The notes below the pieces were generated by a model. That model did not search any database, was not told the origin of the DNA, and was given only the letters and a program-made list of their open reading frames with translations. From a virus (taxonomy: Duplodnaviria > Caudoviricetes): DNA of 27,073 nt. The translations under genes and the position numbers were made by a program. This document shows positions 25,421 to 27,073 of this stretch, one piece after another. The stretch spans positions 1 to 27,073 of the IMG/VR virus record IMGVR_UViG_3300028586_000350; one strand, 5' to 3'. Each line of letters starts with the position of its first letter. Within the stretch, counting starts at the first letter, position 1.

Positions 25421-25882
25421 ATGCCTAATTCCGGATCTTTTCTGGACGATGCACTAGCCCCGCGGATGGCCGGGTCAACGGAAGCTATGACGCTACAGGT
25501 GCTCGCTCAAATCCGGGACAGCCTGTCCGCGCAGAGCCGTGATTTCCGATCTGTATCTGAAGGTATTGCTGACGTTCGCGAACGGGTCATCCGCCTTGAG
25601 GAACGTGACCGACGGCTCGACGAGCTCGAATTTGACATGAAAGCGACCGATACAAAGGTCGGCATTTTAATGCGTGACAAGGACAATCGCGACGGTGCGA
25701 CGAGCTTTCTGAGCAAGGTACCAACGTGGTTGTCTTTCGTTATCGCGCTCGGAAGCGTGTTTTCGGCGATCTATTTGCTTGGCCGGCAAGTTGGATTTGT
25801 TCCAGCTCCACCTTCACGCTTCGAAACGATCACACCGCGGGACGAGCGTCGAGCTCAAGGCGTTCTAGGGGGGCGACAATGA
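25421..25882 (+). CDS. Coiled-coil plus single-TM membrane protein (holin/antiholin candidate)
   Basis: Heptad region (IADVRERVIRLEERD) then hydrophobic WLSFVIALGSVFSAIYLLG. It overlaps the endolysin start. Confidence 0.6.
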   Translation: MPNSGSFLDDALAPRMAGSTEAMTLQVLAQIRDSLSAQSRDFRSVSEGIADVRERVIRLEERDRRLDELEFDMKATDTKVGILMRDKDNRDGATSFLSKVPTWLSFVIALGSVFSAIYLLGRQVGFVPAPPSRFETITPRDERRAQGVLGGRQ

Positions 25883-26463
25883 CGACACTCGCAGAGGTCG
25901 TATTTGACCTTGAGGCCGAATTGAATGAACTGATTGAGCGGGAGGGTGGGTTCGTCGATCATCCAAACGACAGGGGCGGCCCCACCAGATACGGCATCAC
26001 GCAGGCGGTGGCGCTCGCCAATGGCTGGAACGGCCGCATGCAGGATCTGTCGGTGGCGTTCGCCAAAGATATCTATCGCCGGAAATACTGGTCAGCGCCT
26101 GGCTATGACAAGATCGCAGCGATGGGCCTGCCGCTGCTCGCGGCCGAGCTGTTCGACACCGGCGTCAACATGGGGCCGACGACGCAGGGCAAGTGGCTGC
26201 AGCGCTGGCTCAACGCGCTGTGCGGGCAATATCCAAACTATGTACATATCGGCGTCGACGGTGCTGTCGGCGCCGGTACCCGGGCTGCGATCGCCTATCT
26301 GATCGGCAAGCGCGGTTTGAAGGCGACGCAGGACGCCCTGGTCGATGCGGTCAACTGTTCGCAGGGCGCGCGGTATCTCGAGCTGGTCGAAGGACGCGCA
26401 GCCAATGAGGCGTTTATCTGGGGATGGCTGACCAGCCGGATCTCCCTGGCAGTCGCGGCATGA
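25879..26463 (+). CDS. Endolysin, glycoside hydrolase family 108 with a PG-binding C-terminus
   Basis: ATG at 25879. EGGFVDHPNDRGGPTRYGIT, LFDTGVNMG, VDGAVGAGT and FIWGWLTSRI motifs. Confidence 0.93.
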   Translation: MTTLAEVVFDLEAELNELIEREGGFVDHPNDRGGPTRYGITQAVALANGWNGRMQDLSVAFAKDIYRRKYWSAPGYDKIAAMGLPLLAAELFDTGVNMGPTTQGKWLQRWLNALCGQYPNYVHIGVDGAVGAGTRAAIAYLIGKRGLKATQDALVDAVNCSQGARYLELVEGRAANEAFIWGWLTSRISLAVAA

Positions 26464-26756
26464 CGTTCCCCATCGTGATCCGGATCGTCCGGCCCAGTGA
26501 CGCGCGCGGGTGGATCGGTCTGGGCGTGTTCCTGCTGACGATCATGGTCTTCGTCATGACGGCGACTATCCCGGCGCTGCGCGAAAACGAGTATTTCAAG
26601 ACGCTCGGCACGCTCGTCGTCGGTGCGTTCATCAAGGACGTCGTCGGCTGGGCCTACAGCGCGACCAAGGGTGGCGGCGAACTTGCCGACCAGAATGCCG
26701 CGATCGTGCGGCGCCAGGCGGAAGGCAATCCGTCACTTACCGGAGACGTCAAATGA
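26460..26756 (+). CDS. Putative holin (two hydrophobic segments)
   Basis: ATGA overlap at 26460. WIGLGVFLLTIMVFVMTATI and TLGTLVVGAFIKDVVGWAYS segments. Confidence 0.7.
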   Translation: MTFPIVIRIVRPSDARGWIGLGVFLLTIMVFVMTATIPALRENEYFKTLGTLVVGAFIKDVVGWAYSATKGGGELADQNAAIVRRQAEGNPSLTGDVK

Positions 26757-26866
26757 AGCTTAATCTGAAGGCGATCGCCAAGGTCGTGATGGCTGTCGCG
26801 CCGATCGTTTTGCCGATCATCCCGGCGGTCAAGGCCGCTGTGAAAGGTGCCAAAAAGCAGCAGTAG
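26753..26866 (+). CDS. 37-aa cationic hydrophobic peptide (lysis-associated)
   Basis: GGAG RBS and ATGA overlap. MKLNLKAIAKVVMAVAPIVLPIIPAVKAAVKGAKKQQ has 7 Lys and no acidic residue. Confidence 0.7.
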   Translation: MKLNLKAIAKVVMAVAPIVLPIIPAVKAAVKGAKKQQ

Positions 26867-26930
26867 CATTCCGACATTGCCCGCAGGCTTTTGGAATGTT
26901 GGAACGATATAGCGTTCTAAGTGCTTGAAA
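26867..26930. promoter_or_regulatory. Putative right att arm: arm-type repeats and an IHF-like site
   Basis: CATTCCGACATT (26867-26878), inverted copy ATGTTGGAA (26896-26904) and TAAGTGCTTGAAA (26918-26930), whose reverse complement has one mismatch to WATCAANNNNTTR. Confidence 0.6.
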
Positions 26931-26947
26931 TTGCGTGCGGGGTGCAA

Positions 26948-26985
26948 CTTGGAAGGCTGCTGTACTACCATTGTACTATACCCGC
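26948..26985. repeat. Right att core: orphaned 5' half of tRNA-Gly with the host upstream flank
   Basis: Identical to 90-127. Sequence to its left (26941-26947) does not continue the tRNA. Confidence 0.95.
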
Positions 26986-27073
26986 GAAGCCGGCGTTGCC
27001 GCGGCCTGCGCCCCCGCTCTGACCGTCGCGAAGGCGAGACGGGTGGCAGAAGGTGTAGGGTCGCGATAGCGCG

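Larger units (their letters stand above)
90..26985. mobile_element. Defective temperate podophage-type prophage (BPP-1/epsilon15-like morphogenesis module) integrated in tRNA-Gly
   Basis: Terminal 38-bp tRNA-derived repeats, a tyrosine integrase, head-tail-ejection-tailspike-lysis gene order, a truncated portal and no recognisable terminase or replication genes. Confidence 0.92.

Noticed and set aside
26902-26917. LexA (SOS) box
   Set aside because: GAAC-N8-GTTC fits neither the alphaproteobacterial GTTC-N7-GTTC direct repeat nor GAAC-N4-GTTC. It is more likely part of the att arm.
90-26985. RcGTA-type gene transfer agent or PICI satellite
   Set aside because: It has att sites, an integrase and podophage tail genes, unlike the siphophage-type RcGTA, and lacks the primase/replicase and terminase modules of PICIs.

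Overview
The window is one integrated element of about 26.9 kb, bounded by a 38-bp direct repeat (90-127 and 26948-26985). The repeat is the 5' half of a minus-strand tRNA-Gly(TCC); the intact gene lies at 54-127. From left to right the element carries: (1) a low-GC cargo block with an RloA/RloB (AbiL-like) ABC-ATPase plus Toprim-like pair, a HEPN/Toprim-NTD protein and a GNAT-like gene; (2) a tyrosine integrase and a few small leftward early genes; (3) an abrupt junction near 6925-6935 into the C-terminal part of a portal gene; (4) an almost intact BPP-1/epsilon15-like podophage morphogenesis operon (scaffold, capsid, cement, adaptor, nozzle, ejection proteins, beta-helix tailspike); (5) a lysis module with a GH108 endolysin, holin candidates and a cationic peptide instead of recognisable spanins. 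No terminase, replication or CI-type repressor gene was recognised, so this is most likely a defective prophage after a large internal deletion. The high GC and the GANTC-containing promoter motifs suggest an alphaproteobacterial host (inference). The most notable points are the 5'-half tRNA attachment site, a shared 31-bp GANTC-containing late-promoter motif, a structured capsid leader, a candidate disruptin peptide and a GNAT domain in an ejection protein. All protein assignments come from motif recognition and gene order by eye; no database search was run.
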